The translations under genes were made by a program, and so were the position numbers. The notes below the pieces were generated by a model. The model was given only the letters and a program-made list of their open reading frames with translations, did not search any database and was not told where the DNA came from. This document shows, piece after piece, positions 36,375 through 45,506 of a DNA stretch of 64,000 nucleotides. The DNA lies in IMG/VR virus record IMGVR_UViG_3300023175_000005, positions 186,001 to 250,000 of that record; one strand, given 5' to 3'. Each line of letters begins with the position of its first letter. Position 1 is the stretch's first letter.

Positions 36375-37241
36375 CTAACATAGTATTTTATTCAATCTGT
36401 TTTGTTGTATATGTTTAATTTCATTTTCCGGCATTCTAGCAATGACATCCAAATAAAATTGCGGAACAAGTGATTTATTTTTAATAATGTTATATACTAA
36501 ATTTTTATTGTAGTCAATCTCTTTTTGATCAATTTCTTTAGGAAAATTTTCAATACTTTCTATAAAAAGATCAACCCTGTTGTCAACATCTTCGTCATAT
36601 CTATAATCTACTCCAGTGTATGGTTTGAATCCTAGAGATTGTAAAAATTTATTGAATCCTGGTGCAGCAAATGTAATGAAAGGTTTGCTACAAAGTAAAG
36701 GTCTAACGGTCTTTTCTGTAATAAAAATTCTCTCTACAGATGTTTCTAATACAACATCAAATCTTGATCTTAAATATTGCATAGGTAAACTATATTGCTT
36801 ATCGATATCTGTCCATCCTTTATGAAAAGTTAGAAATGCATTATTATGCAAATTTTTACTTTTTATTTTGTCTATAATTTCGATTCTATGTGGCCTTGCT
36901 ATATTATTCATGCAAGCAAAATTATATTTTATTGGTTGTTTAGAAATTCTATCTACCAATCGATAGGCTGTGTAATTAAACCAATATGTTGGCCAATAGT
37001 ATATATTCATATTTTTTATAGGATATAATTTTGTATAATCGTACCCAGGTGCAGATCCTAATACAATATATACTTCTATGTTATTATCATTAATTATTTG
37101 GCAACAGTTTTTATATTCTAACCAACATTGATCCTCATGTTGGGCAAATATTACAATATGCTTTGGCAACTTTTTATTGTTAAGTAGGTATACAATCCTA
37201 TCAATATCAAAGTCGTGCCAAACATCAAAAAACCATGTCAA
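36375..37241 (-). CDS. GT10/GT-B glycosyltransferase-like protein
   Basis: FDVVLETS...FITEKT; paralog of 13271-14182. Confidence 0.45.
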   Translation of the reverse strand: MTWFFDVWHDFDIDRIVYLLNNKKLPKHIVIFAQHEDQCWLEYKNCCQIINDNNIEVYIVLGSAPGYDYTKLYPIKNMNIYYWPTYWFNYTAYRLVDRISKQPIKYNFACMNNIARPHRIEIIDKIKSKNLHNNAFLTFHKGWTDIDKQYSLPMQYLRSRFDVVLETSVERIFITEKTVRPLLCSKPFITFAAPGFNKFLQSLGFKPYTGVDYRYDEDVDNRVDLFIESIENFPKEIDQKEIDYNKNLVYNIIKNKSLVPQFYLDVIARMPENEIKHIQQNRLNKILC

Positions 37242-38307
37242 TACAAGTACCTCTGAATTTATCTAAATGTTTTTGGTAACTCATGCCTTGTTCAAAGTGT
37301 TTTATATTACGTTCTCGAGTAACTGCCGGTAAGCTTCTTTTAAGATCTTTATACACATCGCATAAGTCTATATAAATTTGTTTATGATCATCAGGTGCAT
37401 GACACGGTGCAAATTCTTTAGGACTGTTCACAGGATAAACTTCCCATCTTTCAAAATTATTTGACATAATCCATTCACCTAGTGATTCCATATGTTTTAC
37501 GTTAATCCAACTTACAGTTGTACAGACATCACTTGTACCAATTTGTTGTGCTTTTGCAATGTTTTTTATAATTTTATCCCAATTGCTAGGATACCTAATA
37601 TATTCATTTATTTCTTTATAACCGTCAATGCTAAAATGCCACTCCACATCAAATTTTTCTAAAATTGAAAGTAGTTTAGTGGGTAAATTGTTTCCGTTTG
37701 TAGTTATACGTAAACTAGGTTTGCTATCATATACTAAAAGATATTCGCAAAACTTTTGAAGGTAATTGTTTACAGTTGGTTCTCCACCTGTGAAACGTAT
37801 TTCATCTCTATCGTGTAAAAATTCAGCAAGTTTTTGTAAATTGTTTTCGTCTTCATACCATACATCAAACGAATACTTGTGTCTTTGTATTAGTTTATGT
37901 TGTATACCTTGGCTATCTAGTTTTGTAAGTTCTGCATCTATAAGACTGCTGTTCACAGGACCGCACATTGAACACGAAAGATTACATTTGTTTCCAAATT
38001 TTATTTCAGCGTCTTTACGATTGTTTCTATACTTTCTTTCGCTTTGCAATCGTAAACTTTCAAAGCCGTAAGATTCTTCTTCTTTACAATCTCTACATCC
38101 TTCGGGAAATATTCCATTATCAAGATCTTTCTTAACACTTGCTAAAAAGTCACTGTCTTTGTATTTTTCAATATCTGAAACTTTTACAAGATCTTTTCTG
38201 TCGCGGTCGTCCCAATTACAGCAAGGGCGTAAATTACCCAAAGTATCCATGCTGATGTGATTATCTAGCCATTTACACTTCTTCGGAGAGTTCGAAGAGT
38301 TTGTCAA
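37225..38307 (-). CDS. Radical SAM/twitch protein (TTG start inferred)
   Basis: CKW...RPCC...CRDC; CNLSCSMC; TGGEP; TTNG; SIDG. Confidence 0.85.
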   Translation of the reverse strand: MTNSSNSPKKCKWLDNHISMDTLGNLRPCCNWDDRDRKDLVKVSDIEKYKDSDFLASVKKDLDNGIFPEGCRDCKEEESYGFESLRLQSERKYRNNRKDAEIKFGNKCNLSCSMCGPVNSSLIDAELTKLDSQGIQHKLIQRHKYSFDVWYEDENNLQKLAEFLHDRDEIRFTGGEPTVNNYLQKFCEYLLVYDSKPSLRITTNGNNLPTKLLSILEKFDVEWHFSIDGYKEINEYIRYPSNWDKIIKNIAKAQQIGTSDVCTTVSWINVKHMESLGEWIMSNNFERWEVYPVNSPKEFAPCHAPDDHKQIYIDLCDVYKDLKRSLPAVTRERNIKHFEQGMSYQKHLDKFRGTCIDMVF

Positions 38308-39394
38308 TTTCTCTGACTTTTCCACAGGATTTTCCGCACTGGACCCAGCATTGACTGATTGATTTTGATTGCCAACTGTCTGAATAAACTGCAAGTACGC
38401 CTCCGTCTATAATTTGATCAAGTCTATGATGATGTAAATTGTTAGCATCACCTAGTGCTTTTTGTAGTGTTTGCATTTCTCTTGCTTCAGGAACATATCT
38501 AGGACCTTGCATTTTATTTCCTATAAAGCAACAAGGATGAACTCTTCCCAATGCATCTATATATAGTTCAACCATTGGTTCTTCATGGTATGGATATGGC
38601 AAAGTTCTAAAACTATTACAGGCAATAACGCCTTCTTCTTTAACAGGTTCTGGCAAATCTGCTTCCCAACCTAATGGAGCAGGTGTATAATGGTCATGTC
38701 CGTAATCAGTAGCATGTTCTAACACATATTCTAAGTTATAGTCTTTGTCGTATGCAGGCATACCTGTTCCATCTACACCAAATGGATTTTTTAACACAAA
38801 ATTGATACCATTTTCTTCTGCAATTTTTCTACTGAGTTCAACTTGATGTTTGTTGTGTTTAAATTGTAAAAAGTCCCAATCAGTATGCGCACCTGTATAT
38901 GCATAGGCAATCATGTTATTCCATGCTTTATCCCAAATAACATTTCTTCTGTATATATGGTTAGTATCTTCTAAGCCGTCTATACTAAATGTAATTTTAC
39001 GCATTGGTTTTGGATCTAAACCATTTGTTGTTTCTATAAACAGTTCTCCTATTGCACGGAAATGATCCGGAGTACGCAAACCACCATTTGTGTTAATTTG
39101 TATAGTTGCTATACTGTTAGAGCATATATAATCTAATATATCATATATGTCATTACAGGCCAATGGATCTCCATGTGTTCCGCAAAATATCCAACTTTTA
39201 GATTTTTGTACAAGATCTAGTGGAAACCATCTTTTAAACAAATCAATTGTAATATCAGTCTGCACAACTTCCGGATCGACATTAGTGCTATTACGTAAGA
39301 ATCTTGGACAGCCTGGACACGCTGCGTTACAACGTGTACTTAATTCTACGTGGAAAGCATTTAAATCGTTATAATTCCATGCATTATACTTCAT
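38273..39394 (-). CDS. Radical SAM/SPASM protein
   Basis: CNAACPGC; CGTHGDP; TNG; SIDG; HPCC...CWVQC; TAAATAC-TAT-ATG start. Confidence 0.85.
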   Translation of the reverse strand: MKYNAWNYNDLNAFHVELSTRCNAACPGCPRFLRNSTNVDPEVVQTDITIDLFKRWFPLDLVQKSKSWIFCGTHGDPLACNDIYDILDYICSNSIATIQINTNGGLRTPDHFRAIGELFIETTNGLDPKPMRKITFSIDGLEDTNHIYRRNVIWDKAWNNMIAYAYTGAHTDWDFLQFKHNKHQVELSRKIAEENGINFVLKNPFGVDGTGMPAYDKDYNLEYVLEHATDYGHDHYTPAPLGWEADLPEPVKEEGVIACNSFRTLPYPYHEEPMVELYIDALGRVHPCCFIGNKMQGPRYVPEAREMQTLQKALGDANNLHHHRLDQIIDGGVLAVYSDSWQSKSISQCWVQCGKSCGKVREIDKLFELSEEV

Positions 39395-39420
39395 ATAGTA
39401 TTTATCATAAAGTGCGTATA

Positions 39421-39855
39421 TTATGAAAACGCTAAATGACTATCTAAAGTAATGTGTTCAAAGCCTTGTAGTTCTTGTTTATAGGAATACAAATCTCCCA
39501 GTATCAAATAATTTAATCCTTGATCTCGAAAATAAGCACATTCGCTACGCAAGGATCTGTATCCTAATTTTAATTTTGGTGTTTTATAATTCCATGCAAA
39601 TTGATCGGCATGTGCTGTGCTCTTACTAGGATAAACCATATAGCAACTCCATGCTGCTAGTTCATCATTATCGTAATAACCAAAAACTGTACTCCTATCC
39701 CAGTCTTCTTTGAATATAGGATAAATTGTATCAAATTTTTTATATATTATATATTGTTTGTAAATTTGTTCACATTCTGCAAAGTGTGAACTGTCTAGTA
39801 GTTTAAAATCAATTGTTTTGTATTTTGTATTTTGTAAATCTATTCTACTTGTCAT
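39421..39855 (-). CDS. GNAT-fold protein resembling the ATE/Bpt aminoacyl-tRNA-protein transferase C-domain
   Basis: GYYD.DEL.A...FAWNY...KLG..SL..E...R..GLNYLILG..Y pattern. Confidence 0.4.
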   Translation of the reverse strand: MTSRIDLQNTKYKTIDFKLLDSSHFAECEQIYKQYIIYKKFDTIYPIFKEDWDRSTVFGYYDNDELAAWSCYMVYPSKSTAHADQFAWNYKTPKLKLGYRSLRSECAYFRDQGLNYLILGDLYSYKQELQGFEHITLDSHLAFS

Positions 39856-40367
39856 TCACCCACAACTTCGTTATAATAACCTTGGTCCCAATTCACGTAA
39901 TAGTTTTGTTTACGTAAAGACTTTCGTGCAAGTTCAAGTTTATCTTTTTGCTGCAAGAAACTTACAGCGTATTTACCGTTATTAAGAACTGTATTTTGTA
40001 CCTGTTCTTTTTCATTTGGATGATCTTCTAAAGCAATAAATCCTCTATTGTGTAGGAATTGGTCGTTTGCATGACCAACTGCACGTGATAGTTCTTCTGA
40101 TGAAATTAAAGTAGGGTCACAACCTAATATAACAACTTCTGTATTTTTAGGCCAATGATAAGAAAAATTTTCAAGTTCTGCTATAAAATAAGAACTCATA
40201 CTTATATTATAAATATCTTTTAATTCTACACACTTAATCTTGTCTTCTAGCATTGCTTGTTTAGCAAACGGACAAGGAGGAAGGTTATTAAATGTTTTAG
40301 AAGGTATGCTGAGAAAAGTTTCTATCCAGTTTTGTATATGTTGTTCAAACATAACATTACTTTGCAC
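39852..40367 (-). CDS. DUF1415-like protein
   Basis: WIETF...PCPFAK; EDHP; FLQ. Confidence 0.45.
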   Translation of the reverse strand: MQSNVMFEQHIQNWIETFLSIPSKTFNNLPPCPFAKQAMLEDKIKCVELKDIYNISMSSYFIAELENFSYHWPKNTEVVILGCDPTLISSEELSRAVGHANDQFLHNRGFIALEDHPNEKEQVQNTVLNNGKYAVSFLQQKDKLELARKSLRKQNYYVNWDQGYYNEVVGE

Positions 40368-40542
40368 CTTTAGTCATTGACTTTTTGCGGATAGTGGCAT
40401 AGTAAACATTTTCCCAATCTTTACCATACTGTTTTTTCATATTCTTTTTCATATCACCGTCGTCATACTTTTTCTTAAGTTTTGTTTCCTTAGACTTTTC
40501 AGCCCCGGTCATTTTACGTTCAGTGAATTCGTGAATACGCAT
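40357..40542 (-). CDS. Small basic probable internal head protein
   Basis: MRIHEFTE CTS-like N-terminus; Lys-rich. Confidence 0.5.
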   Translation of the reverse strand: MRIHEFTERKMTGAEKSKETKLKKKYDDGDMKKNMKKQYGKDWENVYYATIRKKSMTKGAK

Positions 40543-40544
40543 TA

Positions 40545-41441
40545 TTAATCACATTTACATGAGCCTGGTTCACCGCGTGGTACGCCTGCTACTTTACGAC
40601 AACCTTTCCAGCATTTATCATAAATTTTACTGTTGCCGTGACGCTTACCTTCTGGCAGATTTGCTAGTTCTTTTTTCTCTTGAGCAGTAAGCATTGTCTT
40701 GCCACATTCGTTACAAGTTTGTTCTTTCATTTTTTCAGCAAGCGTTGTTTTATAATCAGCTTTTGCTGCTTCGTCCATATTGCCTTTGAATGTTTTCTTT
40801 GACTCTCCCATCATATCATAATCTAGTGTATGATATACTGAGCCCATATAGTCTGCTGCTTTTGTGATTTTGCTTTGCATCCAACCTTCGATGCCCTCTG
40901 CCTCTGAAACACCTTTTAGCATTTCGTGTAGTTTAATTGCATACTTTGCAATTTTATAAAGTTCTGCACGAGCCATTTGTACTTCGTGATCACGTTCTGC
41001 AACACCTGCCATATCAGCCAAACCTTCTGTAACTGCATTGCAATTACAGTGTTTGCATGTTGGAGGACATGTGCAGTCTTCTGCTTTTACGTCTGAACCG
41101 CAGCATTTATCTGAACAATGTGTATCTTTTGCTTCAATCATGCCTTCGCTAGTACCACCTTTAGCAAGAGCAACTAATTCTTTAAAACGATCTACAGTAA
41201 ACTCACCTTGATCACGCATTGTTGTATATTCACTCATCGCATCTAGCAACTCTCTTGCGGTTGATACTTGCTGATTAGCAATTAGTGATCCCATATGATC
41301 TAATTGATTAAAATCAACATCATTCATAGGTGCGTTCTTGACGTTTTGAATACGTCTGCGAATCATTGGAAGCAGTGTCTTTGTCATTTGAGCGAACTGC
41401 ATCTGTGCTTTGTTTTTTGCTGCTTTATTCATTGTAGGCAT
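40545..41441 (-). CDS. Probable internal head polyprotein with Cys-rich modules
   Basis: Late promoter 41469-41474; repeated xxE/(A,G,S) junctions; HCSDKCC..CTCPPTCKHCNC. Confidence 0.5.
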   Translation of the reverse strand: MPTMNKAAKNKAQMQFAQMTKTLLPMIRRRIQNVKNAPMNDVDFNQLDHMGSLIANQQVSTARELLDAMSEYTTMRDQGEFTVDRFKELVALAKGGTSEGMIEAKDTHCSDKCCGSDVKAEDCTCPPTCKHCNCNAVTEGLADMAGVAERDHEVQMARAELYKIAKYAIKLHEMLKGVSEAEGIEGWMQSKITKAADYMGSVYHTLDYDMMGESKKTFKGNMDEAAKADYKTTLAEKMKEQTCNECGKTMLTAQEKKELANLPEGKRHGNSKIYDKCWKGCRKVAGVPRGEPGSCKCD

Positions 41442-41471
41442 CGGTGGCTCCGTTTTCTCTTGTTGTAGTAT

Positions 41472-41654
41472 TTATCGTTTCAGCAGTGATCCGCCAAATA
41501 ATGATACACCTTTCATATCCAATGCATTATCAGTTGGCTTTTGTTTTTTAGGTTTTCTTTTAGATTTTGCAACAGTTGGATTTACCACTGTTGATACACT
41601 TGATGTTCCCATTCCTGTTGCAACTTCATTTACTATAACATCTTTTATCTTCAT
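41472..41654 (-). CDS. Small basic probable internal head protein
   Basis: MKIKDVIVNE. Confidence 0.5.
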   Translation of the reverse strand: MKIKDVIVNEVATGMGTSSVSTVVNPTVAKSKRKPKKQKPTDNALDMKGVSLFGGSLLKR

Positions 41655-41656
41655 TG

Positions 41657-41926
41657 TCAAGTCCCTCCTACTAACTTTCCTCTTAAAGGATGTTTTGTTG
41701 TAGGACCTTTACCCGGCTTTGATTTCTTAGGCATTGGATCTTTGCCTTTAGCATGATCAGCATGTTTATATTCTTCATATGCCTTGCCTTTATGCTTTTC
41801 TTTCCGAGGTAGTACTTTCTTTTTATCTTTGTGAGCACCTGCTGCACCACTTTTGCGAATATCCTGCATAGTTTTACTGCTAGGATCTCTCTGTTTCACT
41901 GCTTCTAAAATATCTTGCATCTTCAT
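41657..41926 (-). CDS. Small basic probable internal head protein
   Basis: MKMQDILEA; KQ...GAGAHKDKK. Confidence 0.5.
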   Translation of the reverse strand: MKMQDILEAVKQRDPSSKTMQDIRKSGAAGAHKDKKKVLPRKEKHKGKAYEEYKHADHAKGKDPMPKKSKPGKGPTTKHPLRGKLVGGT

Positions 41927-42111
41927 TTGGCTCTCCTGAGGTCTGTAATGCCTGCGTTTTTACCGTATTGAGCATAAATGATGTTACGTGCTTCTCTGTT
42001 ATTTCTTGCGCTAACTTGGACAGGTATCCATTGTGTGTATGTACGCTGGCGCACTCGGACATTTGCTATCCAAACAGAAAATTGACTCTTTTTGACTTCT
42101 CTTATTAGCAT
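41923..42111 (-). CDS. Small basic protein, probable leaderless late gene
   Basis: MLIREV; TAAATAC-ATT-ATG. Confidence 0.55.
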   Translation of the reverse strand: MLIREVKKSQFSVWIANVRVRQRTYTQWIPVQVSARNNREARNIIYAQYGKNAGITDLRRAK

Positions 42112-42118
42112 AATGTAT

Positions 42119-42952
42119 TTATCTTAAACCTTTTAAGTTCTTCACAGTTCTTTCAAACTTGTGATCTTTGTGTTTAAAGCCGATGCCGCCTGCTTCAGAC
42201 CATTTGTTAATGTTAACACCATAATCGTCGATTAGAATATTTGCAGAACCGTCTGAGTTCGTAGCATACTGTGCTTTGTCGTGTGTTAAAAATATTCTTC
42301 TAGGTGGAAAAAATGACAAATTTTTCTTGATCCATTCCTTTTTATGTGGAATACTTTTAGGATCATCAGCAAGCGGACTGCTTAATATATTATAACTGCC
42401 TTTGACACGCTTGATTAACATTAACAAAGGCTTTGCATTTTTTGTAAGAGGTAAATTTAACCAAAAATCATCTACTGTTTTAATTTTATTAATTGCATTA
42501 GCAGGATCTTCGATATCAGTCCAGTGTTTTTTGTTCATTAATTTAGCCCAATCGCCAAAAAAGTCAGCAAGTACACCGTCCATGTCTACGTAAATTTCAG
42601 TATTAGGACCTATATTTTCTAGTTCTTCTACTAGTTCATTGTTATATGCAAGCCATGCGATTTCACTTCCGTGTCCTTTTGGCCATGAATGTTCTTCCGG
42701 TAGGCTATGCCCGCCCTCCATCAGTGCAAGTTCATATGCACTATAGGTTTTTTCTGCTAGTCCTAAATTAAAAAGTACGTTAGTAGATTTACCTTTTACT
42801 TTAGTTGATAGTGTAGGTGGACGTCCGTTTTTATCTACAGTATTACCAAATTTTGCTGCTTGCTTTGGTATTTCGTCTACGTCTACATCAGGAGTAGTGT
42901 TAACTCCTTTTACAATACGTCCATCTTCTTTTAAAAATTCAAATAGTTTCAT
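42119..42952 (-). CDS. HAD 5'(3')-deoxyribonucleotidase (NT5C-like) fused to a CTS-like leader
   Basis: MKLFEFLKE; YVDMDGVLADF; K..WI; LIDD. Confidence 0.75.
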   Translation of the reverse strand: MKLFEFLKEDGRIVKGVNTTPDVDVDEIPKQAAKFGNTVDKNGRPPTLSTKVKGKSTNVLFNLGLAEKTYSAYELALMEGGHSLPEEHSWPKGHGSEIAWLAYNNELVEELENIGPNTEIYVDMDGVLADFFGDWAKLMNKKHWTDIEDPANAINKIKTVDDFWLNLPLTKNAKPLLMLIKRVKGSYNILSSPLADDPKSIPHKKEWIKKNLSFFPPRRIFLTHDKAQYATNSDGSANILIDDYGVNINKWSEAGGIGFKHKDHKFERTVKNLKGLR

Positions 42953-43059
42953 TCACAATTACACTTCGTACATACATCGTTTACACAGTCTTTACAATCG
43001 GGTTGATAGCAATGGCATTTATGCCCACAACTTTTGCAAGTTCTTCTTTCGCCCTTCAT
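42949..43059 (-). CDS. Unannotated 36-aa Cys-rich peptide (9 Cys, 2 His)
   Basis: MKGERRTCKSCGHKCHCYQPDCKDCVNDVCTKCNCE; ATGA overlaps at both ends. Confidence 0.7.
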   Translation of the reverse strand: MKGERRTCKSCGHKCHCYQPDCKDCVNDVCTKCNCE

Positions 43060-43268
43060 TTCTTTCTCCCTCTAAATTGCACGGGACCTGTCATATAAGG
43101 TTTTGAAAACCATAGTTTAAACCAATCTTCGTCTCCTGGCTTAAGACCCATTTCGCGTTCTTTCTTTTTTAGAGCAGCCGCAGTTTTATCTGGACTTTCT
43201 ATTTTATATTCTGTATAGCCTTGGAATTCATTAATTCCTGCCAGCTTCTTTAGATCTTCTATGTTCAT
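43056..43268 (-). CDS. Small probable internal head protein
   Basis: MNIEDLKKLAGINE. Confidence 0.55.
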   Translation of the reverse strand: MNIEDLKKLAGINEFQGYTEYKIESPDKTAAALKKKEREMGLKPGDEDWFKLWFSKPYMTGPVQFRGRKK

Positions 43269-43461
43269 CCCAGTATTTGTTTCTTTCGTTTGTGCTTGTT
43301 CTGTTTTCTTCGTGTTGTTTATATTTGGCTATATAGTGTGCCCATTCTATGTCATCGATACTCATATCTTCGTGTTCTCTCCACGTTTTGCTATACCCAT
43401 CTGGGTATTCTTCTGCCCAGTCTATTTTTTCTTTTTGCCCGACTTCATGTTTGCGCACCAA
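43231..43461 (-). CDS. Hypothetical protein
   Basis: 76 aa, overlaps neighbours. Confidence 0.45.
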   Translation of the reverse strand: MVRKHEVGQKEKIDWAEEYPDGYSKTWREHEDMSIDDIEWAHYIAKYKQHEENRTSTNERNKYWDEHRRSKEAGRN

Positions 43462-45506
43462 TGATACATCCTCGCTTTTTCACCACTACTATTTTTAGCC
43501 CTCTTGCGTAGTGCTGTAACACTACCATTACAACTAGCACCTGAACGCTTTACACGCCCTGGTCTGCTTTTGCCTTTTACTTTACCATCAGCAAAGTTTT
43601 CATTCATTCCAAGTTGATCAACCATTATTTCTAACGCTGAATCTACATCATTTAAACCATTTTCTTCTTTTGTTTTCTCATACCAACTTCTTACAAAGTT
43701 TGATGCTGCGTGTCCATAAGTATCTGGCGCCATCATCATTTGATAAAGAACTTGATCAGGTGCTTCTCGTTGAGACCTAACAAATTTTCTAAGACTATCT
43801 AAGTCTGTACTTTCATTATATGCTATATTTGTTGCTGCTTTTGCTTTTGCACCGTGTGGATGTTTAGGATTTATACCCACAGGTTCGCCATTTATAAGTT
43901 GTGAAATATCTACACTCTTGCCTAGTCTATCTAGCAGTTGATGTAATTTGTCAGTGGGATCGTAATTACCGCTTTCATAACCACTTTTACCACGCACTTC
44001 GGTACGTTTACCTGTAGCAGTATCTACAATGTGTAGTATCATTAGATCGCCGTCACGTTCTAATGTTAGTTTGTAACCTTCAGTAATTTTTTTTTTGGGT
44101 TTTGTCTTTTTTGGCTTTTCGTCTGAACTATGACCAAAATACTTGTGAACTAATTTGTCTAGTTTTCTATGGAATTCATCTTCTTCATCCGGAGAAGCAT
44201 CTTCAGATATGTCAATTGATTCGTCGGCCATCTTTTTAACAAGTTCGTCACCTTTTTTCGTAAAGAATTTTTGTAGGGCAACACCTCCTAAGATCAATAT
44301 TACTGCCATCATAATACTAAACTTGTTTGCAACAAGGAATTTAACCATTTCAGCACCAAGTATACTTTCAACCCAGTCCCATCCTTTTTTAGCATAATAT
44401 GCCGCTGTGCCGCCTATTGCTATTTTGCCGCCATGCCGTCTAATTGCCCATTTGACTACAGGAACTGCGCCTCTCCTTGCAGCCCATCCTAAAACCCAAC
44501 CTGCTGCTTTTGCACCTGCCCATAATACTGCTGGTGCAATTTCATTAACTTGTTGTTCATTGACATTATCTGCCATTCTGATACTGTGTTTTATGCCAAT
44601 ATTGTTAAAAAGTTTACTTGCATTTTGCACACTTGTTAGTGCTCTTTTCATTCTATCTTGATATTTAGGATTGTTATCAAACTTTGAAATAAATTTCTTT
44701 GCTTCATCAGGTTTAACATATATAAGTTTGCCACTCCATGCAGCACCTTTCCTATAAAAACTTAAAAAATGTTCTTTACCGTCTGCGCGATCTGCAATCC
44801 AACTTAGTACTTTAATTTTATTAGGATCTTGGCTTTTTATACTTGTATTATCGTTACCTAAACCAAATAATTCTTTAACACTTTCTTCTGCTGGTGCTTC
44901 AGTATCTCCTAATGCTTGATTAAGTAGTTTTACAGCAACAGGAGCACCATTACCGTACATAAGTTTTGCGGCTTTTAATTTATCTTCGTCTGACATTTCA
45001 GGCCATGTTGCTCTAAGTTCACTAGCACTCTTAATTTGTATACCTGAAAAACCAAAATCTATAGTAGGACCATAGGCCATATAGCCCATTTCATCACTAG
45101 TTCTAAGATTTTTTCCTTTGTATGACCTTAAATAACCAGGCTCACCATTCTTCTTTGTTTGATCTGGCAACGGTTGTTCGCCTTTGTCTTTTAGACTTCG
45201 TACAAATACTATTGCTGCATCGTCTCCTAACATGTCTTTATAACTGTTTAAGTTAAAAGGTGACTTGACTTGTATAAAACGCTCTGCAGGAACTCCTGCC
45301 ATACTAGCAAGTTTCTTTTTTACATCGAAAGGAAATGGTCTAGTTTTAGTGTCTGCTGTTGCAGCAACATATACATTTTCACTGCCAAATGTTTTTGTTG
45401 CCCAATCATATAAACTTTTGTGACCAGGATGAAAAGGATGAAATCCTCCAGGCATAATTGCAACAATTCGTCTTGCCTGTGCTTCAAATAGGTCACGGAC
45501 GAACAT
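43422..45506 (-). CDS. Modular probable internal head polyprotein with N-terminal HIGH-type nucleotidyltransferase domain
   Basis: MFVRDLFEA start (TAATG); PGGFHPFHPGH and SASELR; several xNE/xTE junctions. Confidence 0.6.
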   Translation of the reverse strand: MFVRDLFEAQARRIVAIMPGGFHPFHPGHKSLYDWATKTFGSENVYVAATADTKTRPFPFDVKKKLASMAGVPAERFIQVKSPFNLNSYKDMLGDDAAIVFVRSLKDKGEQPLPDQTKKNGEPGYLRSYKGKNLRTSDEMGYMAYGPTIDFGFSGIQIKSASELRATWPEMSDEDKLKAAKLMYGNGAPVAVKLLNQALGDTEAPAEESVKELFGLGNDNTSIKSQDPNKIKVLSWIADRADGKEHFLSFYRKGAAWSGKLIYVKPDEAKKFISKFDNNPKYQDRMKRALTSVQNASKLFNNIGIKHSIRMADNVNEQQVNEIAPAVLWAGAKAAGWVLGWAARRGAVPVVKWAIRRHGGKIAIGGTAAYYAKKGWDWVESILGAEMVKFLVANKFSIMMAVILILGGVALQKFFTKKGDELVKKMADESIDISEDASPDEEDEFHRKLDKLVHKYFGHSSDEKPKKTKPKKKITEGYKLTLERDGDLMILHIVDTATGKRTEVRGKSGYESGNYDPTDKLHQLLDRLGKSVDISQLINGEPVGINPKHPHGAKAKAATNIAYNESTDLDSLRKFVRSQREAPDQVLYQMMMAPDTYGHAASNFVRSWYEKTKEENGLNDVDSALEIMVDQLGMNENFADGKVKGKSRPGRVKRSGASCNGSVTALRKRAKNSSGEKARMYHWCANMKSGKKKK

